A stretch of 64,000 nucleotides of DNA from Felis catus (GCF_018350175.1 NC_058383.1:8372001-8436000); one strand, 5' to 3'. Counted from the stretch's first letter, positions 1-11,550 are shown. Translations and numbers: made by a program. The notes: generated from the letters alone by a model not told the origin.

Positions 1-177
1 CTGCTTGAGCCCCGGGTCCAGGCTCTGGAAATGGGAAGGGGAGGAGGGCAGGGGTGGGAGAATATTCCAGAAGGGGAGCAGCAGTCCCACGAGGGGCGTG
101 ATGTCTCCGGGGACACATATCTCGTACACGCGTGTCTCGGGCCTGGCGGGGGTCCTGACCTCTGCCCTTGTCCCCAG

Positions 178-334
178 GTTCTCCTGCTGCAGACGGCAGA
201 GCAGCCGGCAGGCCCGGGCAATGACCTGCCGGCCCCCCAGAGCACCCCACCACCCTGGAACGAGGACTTCCTCCCTGACGCCATCCCCCTCGCCCACCCA
301 GGGCCCCGAAGGAGAAGGCCCACGGGCCCCGCCG
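178..334 (+). CDS. COL26A1: COL26A1 coding exon (probably exon 5), 157 bp: VLLLQTAEQPAGPGNDLPAPQSTPPPWNEDFLPDAIPLAHPGPRRRRPTGPA
   Basis: Acceptor tccccag|GTT, donor GCCG|gtgagt; phase 0 to 1; WNEDFLPDAIPLAHP motif. Confidence 0.96.
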
Positions 335-542
335 GTGAGTGAGGCCTGCGGCCAAAGCGGCCTGAGCACGGCCTCCCAGGGCCTCTACCACGAGGTCACA
401 CAGTAGGCCCTTTGGATCCAGCACGCTTCCTTGCTCTTTCGACACAGCGAGCGAACTTTTCAAAAGCAGGCGGGGGGCGGGGGGGGAGGGGTTCACACGA
501 AAAACAGGATCTCTGGCTTCTCTTAGAAAAATGGAAGATCTT

Positions 543-765
543 GGGGCGCCTGGGTGGCGCAGTCGGTTAAGCGTCCGACTTCAGCCAGGTCACGATCTCG
601 CGGTCCGTGAGTTCGAGCCCCGCATCGGGCTCTGGGCTGACGGCTCAGAGCCTGGAGCCTGCTTCCGATTCTGTGTCTCCCTCTCTCTCTGCCCCTCCCC
701 CGTTCATGCTCTGTCTCTCTCTGTCCCCAAAATAAATAAACGTTGAAAAAAAAAGAAAAAGAAAA
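543..765 (+). mobile_element. Can-SINE, young feline SINEC_Fc type
   Basis: GGGGCGCCTGGGTGGCGCAGTCGG head, (CT)n tract and A-rich tail; perfect 17-bp TSD agaaaaatggaagatct (525-541 / 766-782). Confidence 0.97.
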
Positions 766-1096
766 AGAAAAATGGAAGATCTGGCCGTGGGGGTTTCAGT
801 CCCTCCTGGAAACAGTTGGCTGCAGCCAGGTCACGGCTGCCTCTGCAGACCCCATGCGAACTGCTGAAGTCCCCATCCTTCCTTGTCGCCGTCGTTCAGT
901 TTGGTACATGTCCTCATGACCTGCCCGCTGCCTCTTTGCACCTGTGCTCAGCCCCGCAACTCAGCCCCTGCCTTCTGGAGTTTACCGCCTCCCCTCACCT
1001 TCTGGGGCGGGGAGGGGCTCCCGGAACTCTCTGGCCGGGGTGTCGGGGGACATCTGCCACCGTGTTGTTTGCTCCTTCCCTCCTGTGTTTAAAAAT

Positions 1097-1283
1097 TATT
1101 TTTAAGATTTATGTTTGAGAGACAGCACAAGTGGGGGAGGGGCAGAGAGCGAGGGAGACGCAGAAGCCCAAGCAGGCTCCGGGCTGTCAGCACAGAGCCC
1201 GACACGGGGCTCGAACCCACAGACCGAGATCATGGCCCGAGCCGAGGTCTGACACTGAACCGACTGAGCCACCCAGGCGCCCC
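1097..1283 (-). mobile_element. Can-SINE
   Basis: Reverse-complement head ...gccacccaggcgcccc, with a T-rich tail on the left. Confidence 0.93.
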
Positions 1284-2651
1284 TCCTGCCGTGTTTTAAA
1301 GTCAGGAGTAACTGTTTTTTCTCTCTGCAGCTTGTATCCACTGGGCTCGGCCCCGGGGGTTGTAGAACAGGGACAGTAAGCGTAATAGCGGGCGGTGAGC
1401 ACTGCTGAATGCCTGTCCCGTGCCACCCACCGTGCTGGGGCTTTACCCCGGGCACGTGGGTGGCTGGCATCTGTCGATGTGGCTGAACTCGGGGGTTCAA
1501 GGCCGGTGTCCCTTCTGACTGGTCACTATCTGTGCCGTGCCAGTTATTAAATATTGTTATATCACCCTAGGCTGCACAGATATCACTTCTCATCATTCCG
1601 GTAAGTTGGTGATGCTTGAGGTTACAGAGGAGAAAACCGAGTCTCAGGGAAACGACCCTTGGGGTCACCCCCGTGATCCGGGGCCATTTTGTCTCGATCG
1701 TTGTTGGCCCGGCTATAGCCCTTTGCAGGTGACGCTGTCCCTCCATCCCCTCCCTCCCAGCTGAGGCCCCAGCTTCTTAGCACCGCTGTCCACACTCAGC
1801 TCTGAGCTCCCACCCCGTCCCCCTCCCCACCTCCTCTGCCCTGTGTTCTGCGTGTGCCTGTCTAGTTGGGACAGGGAGCAGAGCAGGAAGGGCACAGCCC
1901 CCAGCAGTGGGAGTGGCCGGTGGCCGGTGCCAGGGAGGCTGTGGGAGGAGGGCTGACAGGTCCCCTGGCTCACCTCGCTAGCTGTCATCCCTTAGGTTTC
2001 ACACCCAGGCAGCCACCCATGCCCACCTTCTTGCAGTCCTTCTTCTGGAACTGGGAAGGAGGGGGATTTCCCAGCCCTCAGGGCACCCAGGCCCCACACC
2101 CCCTGGGGGGAGCTTGGCAGGTGCTCTGGGTCTCCTGGGCCACACTTTCTCTTCACCAGGCAAAGTGCAGTTCTGAGAAATGGCCGCCAGGTGGGGCACA
2201 AACCCTACAAATGGTGACACCTGGGGGAGCCCAGGAATTCTTGAGAGCAGGTGAGGGGGGCGCTTGTGTGCTTTAGGGCTTCCTGGGGCCCCCGTGGAGG
2301 CCTCGTTGGGGAGCTCTTTGCCAGGAGCCCAGTTCCCAGCCCTGAGCAGGGAGACAGCAGGACCCTTGAGAGAGGGGCAGCCTGGCTCTGGGCCCTTGAG
2401 CAAGGGACCACACCTTCCTGAGCCTCAGTTTCCCCACCTGTCAAGTGGGAACAAAAGTAGCTCTTGAGATCACAGGAATGAATAGGTACAAAAATGGTCT
2501 GTAAACTGTAATGATGGAGAAGGTGTCTGTTCCGGGGGCAGGGCTGACCAGATGGCCCAGGTGGTCAGGCCTGAAGTCCCCCGCCCCCACCCCCCCCCCC
2601 ATGGCGGCTCGGCCCACAGTGTCCTCAGGGCTTACCTCATTCTCTCCTCAG

Positions 2652-2750
2652 GGCCCCCGGGGCAGACGGGACCGCCAGGGCCTGCAGGTCCCCCAGGCTC
2701 CAAAGGTGACCGGGGCCAGGCAGGAGAGAAGGGCCCAGCAGGGCCTCCCG
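2652..2750 (+). CDS. COL26A1: COL26A1 coding exon (probably exon 6), 99 bp, 11 Gly-X-Y triplets (GPPGQTGPPGPAGPPGSKGDRGQAGEKGPAGPP)
   Basis: Acceptor ctcctcag|GG, donor CCCG|gtaaga; phase 1-1; uninterrupted collagen repeat. Confidence 0.97.
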
Positions 2751-3366
2751 GTAAGAACACCCGCACCCCAGATCTGACTTTGTCTGCTGGACAGGGTCTG
2801 GGGTTTCTCCCCTATCTGAGCAGGTGAGACCTCCCACGACCCCCGATCTTGCTGGGGTTAATGAGTGCCGTCTTGGGGGGGCTCCAGGCTCACTTCCTCC
2901 CACCAGCACCCCCACTGCCACCCTATCCCAAAGACTTTAGGTTTGGTCTGACCCTGGGCTGCAGGAAGGACGGAAGGCTCTAGGCGCTGGGGGTGCAGGT
3001 GTGTGGGTGGGGCAGCTGGGGCCTGGGGACTGTGCTCAGTCATTTAAACAACACCTCCAGAGAGCCTCCCAGCTCCTCCTGGGTCCTGCAGGGAAGGCAC
3101 AGGTCCTGTGCTAGCCCAGGCCGGCTGCCACCCTCAGTGCCCCGACCCCAGAGCTGAGGTCCCAGGAGGGGGCAACCCTGCCTCCCTCGCCTCCCTCCCT
3201 GCCCTGGTGTTCCCTGTGCACTAGGCCTGAAGGCAAAGCCGGTTCACTCACATCCCAGGACAGCCCTCCGGGGACGCTGGTCTGGAGGCCACCACCGGCC
3301 TGGGTCCCGTCTGCAGTGTCAGCTGCCAGGCCCAGCCCTCGCGTGACTCCTCTTCTCCCACTGCAG

Positions 3367-3519
3367 GCCTCTTGGGGCCGCCAGGACCCCGCGGGCTTCC
3401 TGGAGAGATGGGGCGCCCGGGCCCCCCTGGCCCCCCCGGCCCAGCAGGCAGCCCAGGCTTCCCTCCGAACGGCCCCCAGGGTGTCCTCTACTCCCTGCAG
3501 TCGCCGACAGACAAGGACG
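3367..3519 (+). CDS. COL26A1: COL26A1 coding exon (probably exon 7), 153 bp: GLLGPPGPRGLPGEMGRPGPPGPPGPAGSPGFPPNGPQGVLYSLQSPTDKD
   Basis: Acceptor cactgcag|GC, donor GACG|gtgagt; phase 1-1; end of the first collagen domain. The ORF track misses this frame. Confidence 0.96.
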
Positions 3520-3829
3520 GTGAGTGCCACTGAGGGGCGGGCCCCGGGGACGCAGACCCTCAGTGAGCAGGGCCCCGGCTCTGGAGCCAGCCTCTGCCGG
3601 GTGGGGTAGAAGGGCCTCTGGGGGGGCCGATGCGGGTCCCCCAACCCAGCTCTTGGCCCCAGCCTGGCCTGTCCCTGCTCTGGTGCTCAGCTGCTGCCCC
3701 TGGGGTCCTGACGCCCCCCGAGTCTCTGTTGTCTGCCCTGGCCTCAGTTTCCCCATTTGGTGAGAGCAGCGCCCCCGAGGTCACCGCTGCTGCGTCTCCT
3801 GGAAAATCGTCTCACCGTATGCAGGCCAT

Positions 3830-3930
3830 GTGACAAGTATTGGTTGAGCACCTACTATGTGTCCTGCACACTCACTGGGGATGCAGCAGTGAACAAAACA
3901 GTCTCCTGCCCCCGGGGGGCACAGTCTGCT
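3830..3930 (-). mobile_element. L2 3' end fragment
   Basis: ttgagcacctactatgtg...ctggggatgcagcagtgaacaaaacag matches the L2 terminus. Confidence 0.75.
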
Positions 3931-4198
3931 GTTTCTGAACCCGGAAACCTCCGCCTACCTATGGGAAGGGTGGGGTCAGGGAGGCCCGGAGAGTGGGGTG
4001 AGGGCATCACAGGGATATCTTTCGGTTAAATGCCCTGGGAAACCTGGGGAGGGTTTTAAGAAGCTAGTGACAGTGTTAAGTGGCATCCTGGGCGCGATGG
4101 GGGATGGGGACCTCTTGTCTTGGTCAGAGAAACCCAAGCCCCCTCCGGCTGGTGCTCCTGTCCCCCCTCAGGCAGCGCAGCCCTTAACCTGAGCTTTA

Positions 4199-4433
4199 TT
4201 ATTATTTTTTTAGATTTTTTAAAATGTTTATTCATTTTCGGGGGGGGGGGAGAGAGAGAGAGAGAGAGAACGAGCGGTGAAAGGGGAGAGAGAGAGGGAG
4301 ACAGAATCTGAAGCAGGCTCTCGGCTATGAGCTGTCAGCACAGAGTCTGATGTGGGGCTCGAACCTATGAACCGCGAGATCAAGACCTGAGCCGAAGTTG
4401 GACGCTTAACCGAATGAACCACCCAGGTGCCCC
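4199..4433 (-). mobile_element. Can-SINE
   Basis: Reverse head ...acccaggtgcccc and (GA)n tract; TSD taacctgagc(t/g)tta. Confidence 0.95.
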
Positions 4434-5467
4434 TAACCTGAGCGTTAAAACCTAGGCCTGAATCCCACTGTCCCCGTCGGAGCCTCACTTTCCCCACCCG
4501 TAGAGTAGGGGGTGGGTATTAGTCCCCGTTGGAGTTGCTCTGGTGGGAGGAAGCGACTCAGCCTTGCAGAATGGGGGTCCTGGGCTGCACTCAGTGGGTG
4601 CAGGGGCCCAGCCAGGCGAGAACAGAACCTTCTGGAGCAAGTGGGAACTCACTGAAGACTCAGGGAGGGGGCCGGTGCCACCCGTGCGGTGCTCTGGGGG
4701 GCTCAAGGCTCAGCGCCCACCCCTGAGCCACATGTAGCCATCCCAAGGCTCCCGCCTGCCCTGGTCTGGGCCAGACGCCTCGGGCACTGCCTTCCTGACA
4801 CTTCCAGTGATCAGAGCCCTCCTCAGATGGGACCTTCTTTACCCGCGGCCCTGGGGCCTCTGAGTATGAATTTGGGGAAGACTGGGGAAGCCCCAGCGGG
4901 CCCCGCCCATCGCCTTGAACCAGTGGGAGGGTGGTCCAGGCTTCCGGGTGTGGAGGGAAGGGCAGAGGTGGGGCAGGGCAAAGGCACACGGGGCTTGACG
5001 TGTTTGTCAGAACTGGGCCGTGAACAGACCTCACTGCTGCCCCAGGCTGAGTGATGGGCCCTGTAGAGGCAGCCCAGGCTCTTGCAGCTCAGAAGGCTGA
5101 GCCCGGAGGGCTTCTTGGAGGAGGCCCCGCAGGAGTGAGCCAGTCAGGTGCATCAGAACGGGCCTGTGGAATGGAGTGGGGAGGAGAGGGCTGGCCTGGA
5201 GCCTGGGGAGGTGAGTAGGGCAGGGCCAGACTCTGAAGGGCCTGGAATGCTCGGGAAGGAGTTTGTGCATTATATGAAGCCCCCCAGGCTTTCCCTGCCC
5301 TTTGACCTGGCCTCCGTGGGAGTCCGAGCGTCCGCTCACCAGGGCTGCTGTGAGGCCCGGTGGGGTGAGGGCGCCTGTCCTCCTGGCCCCGGGGGAGCTC
5401 AGGCCCGGCACCCCAGCCCTGCCGGTCCTGCCCCACCGTGTCACGGGACCCTCTGCTCTGCCCACAG

Positions 5468-5551
5468 ATGGACACTCACAGCTGGCCTCTGCTGCCGTGG
5501 ACACCGTGCTGGCCGGCGTCCCAGGGCCCCGGGGCCCCCCTGGCCCTCCAG
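5468..5551 (+). CDS. COL26A1: COL26A1 coding exon (probably exon 8), 84 bp: DGHSQLASAAVDTVLAGVPGPRGPPGPP
   Basis: Acceptor cccacag|AT, donor CCAG|gtaagt; phase 1-1; start of the second collagen domain. Confidence 0.96.
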
Positions 5552-6079
5552 GTAAGTGCAGAGGGCAGCTGCACAGCCTGGCCGGGATTGCCCCCCGCCG
5601 CCCCTGCCTCTGGGCCTGGCCTGGGCCAGGGGCTCTCGTAGGGCCGGTCAGGGGCCCGTGGCCTTGGCAGGGTGCTGGGGATATGGGTGTGTCCACAACT
5701 CACCGTGTGGCCTGAGGTGAGTCCCCTTGCTCACCCCTTGGGGTGAGAACCCCAAATGTTTCTGCCAGGTGCCCACGTGAAGCAGCTCAGGGCTGCCCCC
5801 ATGTGGGCCTGAGTGGTGGTTGCACCGGGGTTCATGGAGGCCCAGGCCCAGGGGGAGGCAGGGGGTGAGCTCAGGGGTGGTCCAGGAGCTGGCAGGGCAG
5901 GTGCCCGGAGAGGCAGGAAGCCCTGGGCCTGGTGGCAGAGACCAGGGGCCGGGGGGGAGTGGGGACAGCCCTGGGGCTCTAAGGGCTGGATCCTCTGCTT
6001 CCAGGGACCCTCACTGGTGGGGAGGGAAGGGGCGTGTGGGGCAGGGGCCAGCCCTGCTTGTCCAGCTGTGTGGGTGCCT

Positions 6080-6520
6080 CATTCCCCACCAGTCATTTAC
6101 ACTTTCATGTACTGACCGAGGACTCCCTGCGCGTGGCACAGACATGCGTATCGACCGTGGCCGTGGGTGGCGGCTGGTTCCCTTTCAGGGACTGGCCTGG
6201 AGGAGGGGTGGGCGTGGGTAGTGCCGGAAGGCTTCCTGGAGGAGGTGATGCTCATCCTGAGACAAGAGGAAAGAATTTGCCAGGCTGTGGAGGGGATGGA
6301 GAAGCTCCAGAAGGAAGGAACAGCATCTGCAAAGGCGCAGAAGCAGAGGAGCTTTTCAGGAGAGGATTTGGGCGGGAAGGGGGGAGGGGGCCGGGCTGAG
6401 GACCTCAGGAGCCCCGAGAGGGACCTACCTGGAAGTTGGCTCTGGGTGGCCACACGGAGAGTGGATGGTCAGGATGCTGTTGCAGTAACGCAGGCAAGAA
6501 GGATGGCCTCGGAGGGGTAG
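6080..6520 (-). mobile_element. L2 fragment (approximate)
   Basis: ggaaggcttcctggaggaggtgatg...aaggaacagcatctgcaaaggc is typical of L2. Confidence 0.6.
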
Positions 6521-6734
6521 GGTCCGAGGCCCGGAGGAGGGGCAGACCTGGGAGACATTCGCCAGGAGACTGGCTGGCTGGGGAAGGGCCAGGGGGTGAC
6601 CCGTGGATGAGGCCCCGAGGGAAGAGCCGGTTGCAACGTAGGGGCTGCAGGGAGAGGGCGGTGGAGGTGGGCTTTCCGCGCTAAGGGTGGGCAGGGGACT
6701 GGCCCCAGGTGACCGTGTGTGACTCTGCCCACAG

Positions 6735-6787
6735 GTCCTCCTGGGCCACACGGTCCCCCAGGACCGCCAGGTGTACCTGGATCCCAG
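6735..6787 (+). CDS. COL26A1: COL26A1 coding exon (probably exon 9), 53 bp: GPPGPHGPPGPPGVPGSQ
   Basis: Acceptor cccacag|GT, donor CAG|gtaagg; phase 1 to 0. Confidence 0.95.
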
Positions 6788-9004
6788 GTAAGGACTTCCC
6801 TCATTTCTGGCAGGGGCCGGGGCAGGGTGGGGGGGTGCTCCCCAGGAAAGAGGAGCCAGGCCCCTCCGCAGCGGGGTCCAGGCAGGACCCAGGGGAAGGT
6901 GGGTGCGACCCTGGTCATCTCAGCCGCTGCTGTCCTTTGCTGTCTGCTCCCCCATGCCGGGGAGATGTTGGCGTCCTTCCCGTCTCTCTGACTGAGACCC
7001 AGAGAGACCAGGTGCCTCCTGAGGACATATGGGATCACAGAACGTCCACCCCAGCCTGTCGCCCTCCTCCCGGAGAGCCCCCTGTGTGTGAGAGGGCGCC
7101 CCGAAGCCTGGCGAGGTGGCCCCAAACCCCAGCTTGCTCCGCCTCTCCAGCTGTGTGACCTCGGGTGGAGAGGCGGCCTCTCTGAGCTCCGGCTGCCTTG
7201 GCTGCTAAGACAGGGGTACAGGGCTTCCCTTGTGGGTTGTTAGAGGGAGCAAGGAGAAACAGAATGCTGGGATGGGGTGTGTTTTGCGCCTCAGAGGCCC
7301 AGGGCCTGGGAAGAAATCACACCAGGGAGGGGCAGCCCGGAGGCAGAAAGGGGTGGAGCTTCCAGCGCCCCGCCCCTCTCCCTGCCCAGAGCCTGTCCAG
7401 ACCTAGGGCCCTGCCGGCTCCGGCTCCAGGAGCTCAGGCTGTGCTTAGCAGGTGGCTGGAGGTGGCCCCTCTACTGCCAGGGGCAGGAGTCTGGGCCTTG
7501 GCCCTGTGAGTGCTGGGACCTTGGGAGTCCACCCCTTTAGATGCTAGAAGAACATTCCCGAAACACTCGGGGCGCCAGCCCCCCAAGCTGAGGATACAGC
7601 CGCTGAGGAGCCACAGGGCAGCCCCGTAGAGCTTACCATTCTAGATGTCAAAGAACCAGTGTCCCGTGACTGCTAATCTGCTCCCTGTTGTCCCCACTGT
7701 GTGTTTTTACACCTGGAGACACAGCATCGGGGAGGGGCAGGTGGGCACAATGTCTGCAGGGAGAGGGGGACAGGGGCACCCTCAGAGAGGAGGGGTGGGG
7801 GTGGGCCACAGAGCCCGACAGTGATGGAGGCAGGAGTGTGGTGAGGGACCGAGATGCCCAGGGAAGTGTGGGAGGCGGCAGGGGTAGAATTCTGTGCGGT
7901 CACACGCCTCCTGCTGCCCCAGCCTGCGGTGACAAGGGAAGTCAGGGGCCCCTTCCCAGCTACCTGTGCCACCTGCGTTCAGATTCGCCATCGTTCCGTC
8001 CCAGAGCGGGTGGAGAAGTGGAGGCTCAGAGAGGTTCAGCCGCTTGCCCAGAGTCACACAGCAGGGGAACGGCAGGGGTGGGGCCCCTCTCAGGCTTTCC
8101 CCGGCTGCCTCCAGCCCTCACCGAGAATGTGCTGGGTGCTTTGGGATAGCCTTAATCCTGCGAGGCGGTCTGTTTTCAGGGTCTTCAGGCCCTACGGTAG
8201 TACCACTTGGGGGACTGTGCAGACCTTGTCCTTGTGGGGACCCGGGCTCCCAAGATTCCAAGGAGATTTAGAGGGGCCTAGTCAAAGCTGTTCCTCCTAC
8301 CGAACCCCCCCCCGCCCCACCCAAGAGGGTGTGTGACCTGGCATCGACGTGGAGGGTGCAGTGTCTTGACCCCCTCCCTCTTTGCTGTGGTCCTTCCGTA
8401 AGGCTGGGGGTCCCGTGGCCAGGACTGGGATGCCCAAGGGCACCAGGCAGTGCCCAGCCTGTCCCTGGTTCCCCAGGGGCCCATTGGACAGGCCCTGAAG
8501 AGCCCCTTCCATGACCTTCTGCCAGGGCCCACCCAGGCCCCCACACTGCAGGGGTGGAGCTAGGTTCCAAGGTTAGCCCAGATACGGACAGTGTCCGAAT
8601 AACCACCAGCCCCCTCTGCTCACCATGGAAGGACCAGACAGGGTCTTCCCCGTGGACGGCGGGACCAGCCTGGTGACCCGGCCACTGTCTGTCTCCATCC
8701 CTTGCCAAAGAGTCGAGGCCTCTGAGACTGGGGTGAGGGGATGTCCCCTAGACATGGGTCAGAGAGGAGTGGGAAGGGACCACGGCAGAGGACGAGGTGG
8801 CCCCTACTTTTCTCCTCTGAGCAGGACAGAGAGACCTGGGTTTGAAGCCCTGCTCTCCCAGTTTCCAGCCGGGTGACCCTGAACAAGTCACTGGCCCCCA
8901 CCTCCCCCACCCCGTGAAATGAGGAATCCCTCTTGGGTGGGCTCGTTGTGAGACAGAAAGGAGACAATGGAGGAAAAGCTCCAGGCTCTCAGGAGACCCT
9001 TAAT

Positions 9005-9800
9005 AAATGTTCTTCGTTAACCAAATATCTCTTGGGGTCTCCGCTGCGTCAGATACTGTGCTGGGCACGAGAGCAGGGACATCGGGAGCCCTGCGGTAGC
9101 TGATGGTACAACAGGGGAGGCAGACAAGGACAAGTAAGGACATAAGTGTCAGGAAAGGAGGAAATGAGCCGATGTGACAGAGTGAAAGGGCCCAGGCAAG
9201 CGAGGCATGACAGACCTGCAGAGGTGACACTTCAGCTGAGACCTAAGGAACCAGAACTAGCAGCCGTACAAAGATGCCAAGAAAGGGCCCTCCAATTAGC
9301 CAGAAGAGCAAGTGCAAAGGCCCTGGGGCAGGGAAGAGCCCAGTGCTGACTGAGGAGAGTGAGGTGTGAGGTGAGGTGGGTCAGGGAGTGTGGGTTTGGG
9401 TCACAGGGGAAGGGGCTCTGAGTCTCAGGGAGGGAGAGCCTCCTCACACCTGCGACCTGATTCACACCTTTAAGAGGCCCCTGCAGCTGTGACTGTGGTG
9501 GGGGAATGGAGGACGGGGACACAGTGGAGCAGGGCGACCCGGGAGGAGACCCCGGAAGCCCTCGGGGGAGACGAGAAGGTGATGTGTGTTAAGTGGTGGC
9601 CCCTGAAGCAGCAAACGGAATGGACGTGTTCAGAAAGTGATGTGACAGGTCTGGCTGGTGGAACAGATTTGGCAGGAGAGGGGAAGGAAGGTTACCTCCC
9701 AGGCGTGTCGGGGAGCAGCTGGGAGGACCGGGGAGCCACCTTCCAAGGAGGTGTCCGCAGGGCGGGGTGGGTTTGGGGGGAGCCAGGGTTCTGCCTGGGG
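9005..9800 (-). mobile_element. L2 fragment (approximate)
   Basis: L2-like tracts: actgtgctgggcac, gaggtgacacttcagctgagacctaagga, agcaagtgcaaaggccctggggcaggga. Confidence 0.65.
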
Positions 9801-10207
9801 GAGGTGGATGGGTACCCCGTGGGTCTGGGCTCCGGGGAGCCTTCGGGCCGGACATCGGCACGGACGGGAGTCCCCCGGCAGGACCCTCGTGATTGGTGTT
9901 GCTGGCACTCACCTCTGGGGACCCCTCTCTCTGCATGCGGGGGACTGGGGCTTGGCCATCCGAGCCAAGGGGCTTGGCTCCGTGTGGATAACCGCACACG
10001 CATGGCCCACTTTTCAGCAGAGAAGACCAAGCCTCATGGAGGAACCCGGGGAGGGTGGCCCAGGTGGGGCCTTCCTGTCCCCTCCGTGCCATCCTCCTTC
10101 CGTCCTTCCAGACCCTGAGCCTGGTGCAGGGAGGATAAGGAGAGGACAGAGGTGTTGGGGCGGGGGGGGCAGGCAAGGCCTAATCTGCTTTGTCTGACTT
10201 TCTGCAG

Positions 10208-10243
10208 GGCCTGGCCGGAGAGCGGGGCATGATGGGACCGGCT
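10208..10243 (+). CDS. COL26A1: COL26A1 coding exon (probably exon 10), 36 bp: GLAGERGMMGPA
   Basis: Acceptor tttctgcag|GGC, donor GCT|gtaagt; phase 0-0; four Gly-X-Y triplets. Confidence 0.94.
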
Positions 10244-10719
10244 GTAAGTGAGGGGCTGAGCCGATGGGTCGTGCCCAGGGCGGTGGGCCCCAGGGTGGCC
10301 CCCGGGGTGCCGGGTGGGCAGAGGTCTGTCCCAGGAGCCTCGCCTGAGCTCAGCCCCGCAGCGACCCCAGACATGGCCCGATCGTACCCCGCCCAGAGAA
10401 GGGGCAGCCTACGTGTGGTCCCCACTGCCCGAGTTGGGAAGGGGTGTCCTTAGGAGGTGGGGAGCCCCTCACTGGGATGAGGGTCCTCAGATCTCTCCCG
10501 AGGCTCCCAGACCCCTGAGTTGACAATGCTGTGTGACCTGCAGAGTCCCCTCCCTCCTCTGAACCTGCCAAGAGTAGAGGCTCAGACAGCTGGCCTCTAA
10601 TTTTCCTCCTTGGAAACAAGAATTTCTGAGTCTCAACTCCTGCCTGCAGGGCCAAGGAGGCGGGTACCTCCTTTGCCCCCAAATCTAAAGTTAGGGGTGT
10701 GCGGCCAGGGAGGAGGGAC

Positions 10720-11200
10720 GGATCTGTGCTGAGCACCTACGATGTGCTGGCCGCAGGGGAGGCGCTGTTCAGAAATAGTGAGTTTAAGCTGCATTGCAGC
10801 CCAGCGAGGCGGGACTTTATTTGCCCCATTTTTGAGAACTGGCTGCTAAGACTCAGAGAGGTTAAGTAATTTGCCCAAAGTCACACAGCGAGGCAATGAT
10901 GGAGCCAAGACTGAAACCCAGGAGCGTTAGCCTCGAAGCCATGCCTCCTCCTGGCTTCTGTCTGGTAGACGCTGCTGAGCCCCGTCACGGGGCTTCTGGT
11001 GCCAGGCGCCAGTCAGAGCTCATTACCGCTATTGGTTTATTGAATCCTCCAAATATTCCTGGGAGGTAGGCAGTATTATTACCCCATTTCAGAGATGAGA
11101 ATGCTGAGGCACAGAGAAGCAAAGTAGCGTGCTCCAGGTCACGTAGGATACCACGTGGGTGTTCATGTGCGGCCGGTGTCACTGGCCTGGATTCAGAGGC
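10720..11200 (-). mobile_element. Two adjacent MIR elements
   Basis: MIR core sequences gaggttaagtaatttgcccaaagtcacacagc and attaccccatttcagagatgagaatgctgaggcacagagaa. Confidence 0.75.
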
Positions 11201-11360
11201 GGAAGCAGAGAGAGGCGGGGACTCGATCCCCGGAAGAGCTGAGAGGTGGGCTCATGGGGTTTCAGACCTGGCACCTCGGTGGCCCAGAAGCACAGTGAAG
11301 CCGCTAAAACCAAGCTGTGCCGGGTTGTGCAGAGACGCGTGGGGCCTCGGCGCTCCCGCT

Positions 11361-11363
<3 letters not shown>

Positions 11364-11392
<29 letters not shown>
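11364..11392. repeat. Poly-C homopolymer (29 nt)
   Basis: Directly visible. Confidence 0.95.
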
Positions 11393-11394
<2 letters not shown>

Positions 11395-11550
11395 GCAGGA
11401 GTTCCCATGGGCGAGGCCGTCAGGCTCCGCCCCGGCACCCTGTCCTCAGGCTCTGCCACTGACTCCCTGCGGTCTGCCCAAGAAGCCGGGGAGGGGAGGG
11501 AGGCGCCCCGGTGCCCCTCACCGGCTTTGGACAACTTGACTTTCTCCTAG

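Noticed and set aside
543..640. tRNA-like A/B boxes
   Set aside because: These are the tRNA-derived heads of Can-SINEs, not tRNA genes.
531..746. Near-identical short ORFs here and at 34783-35010 (possible gene duplicates)
   Set aside because: Both are translations of SINEC_Fc copies.
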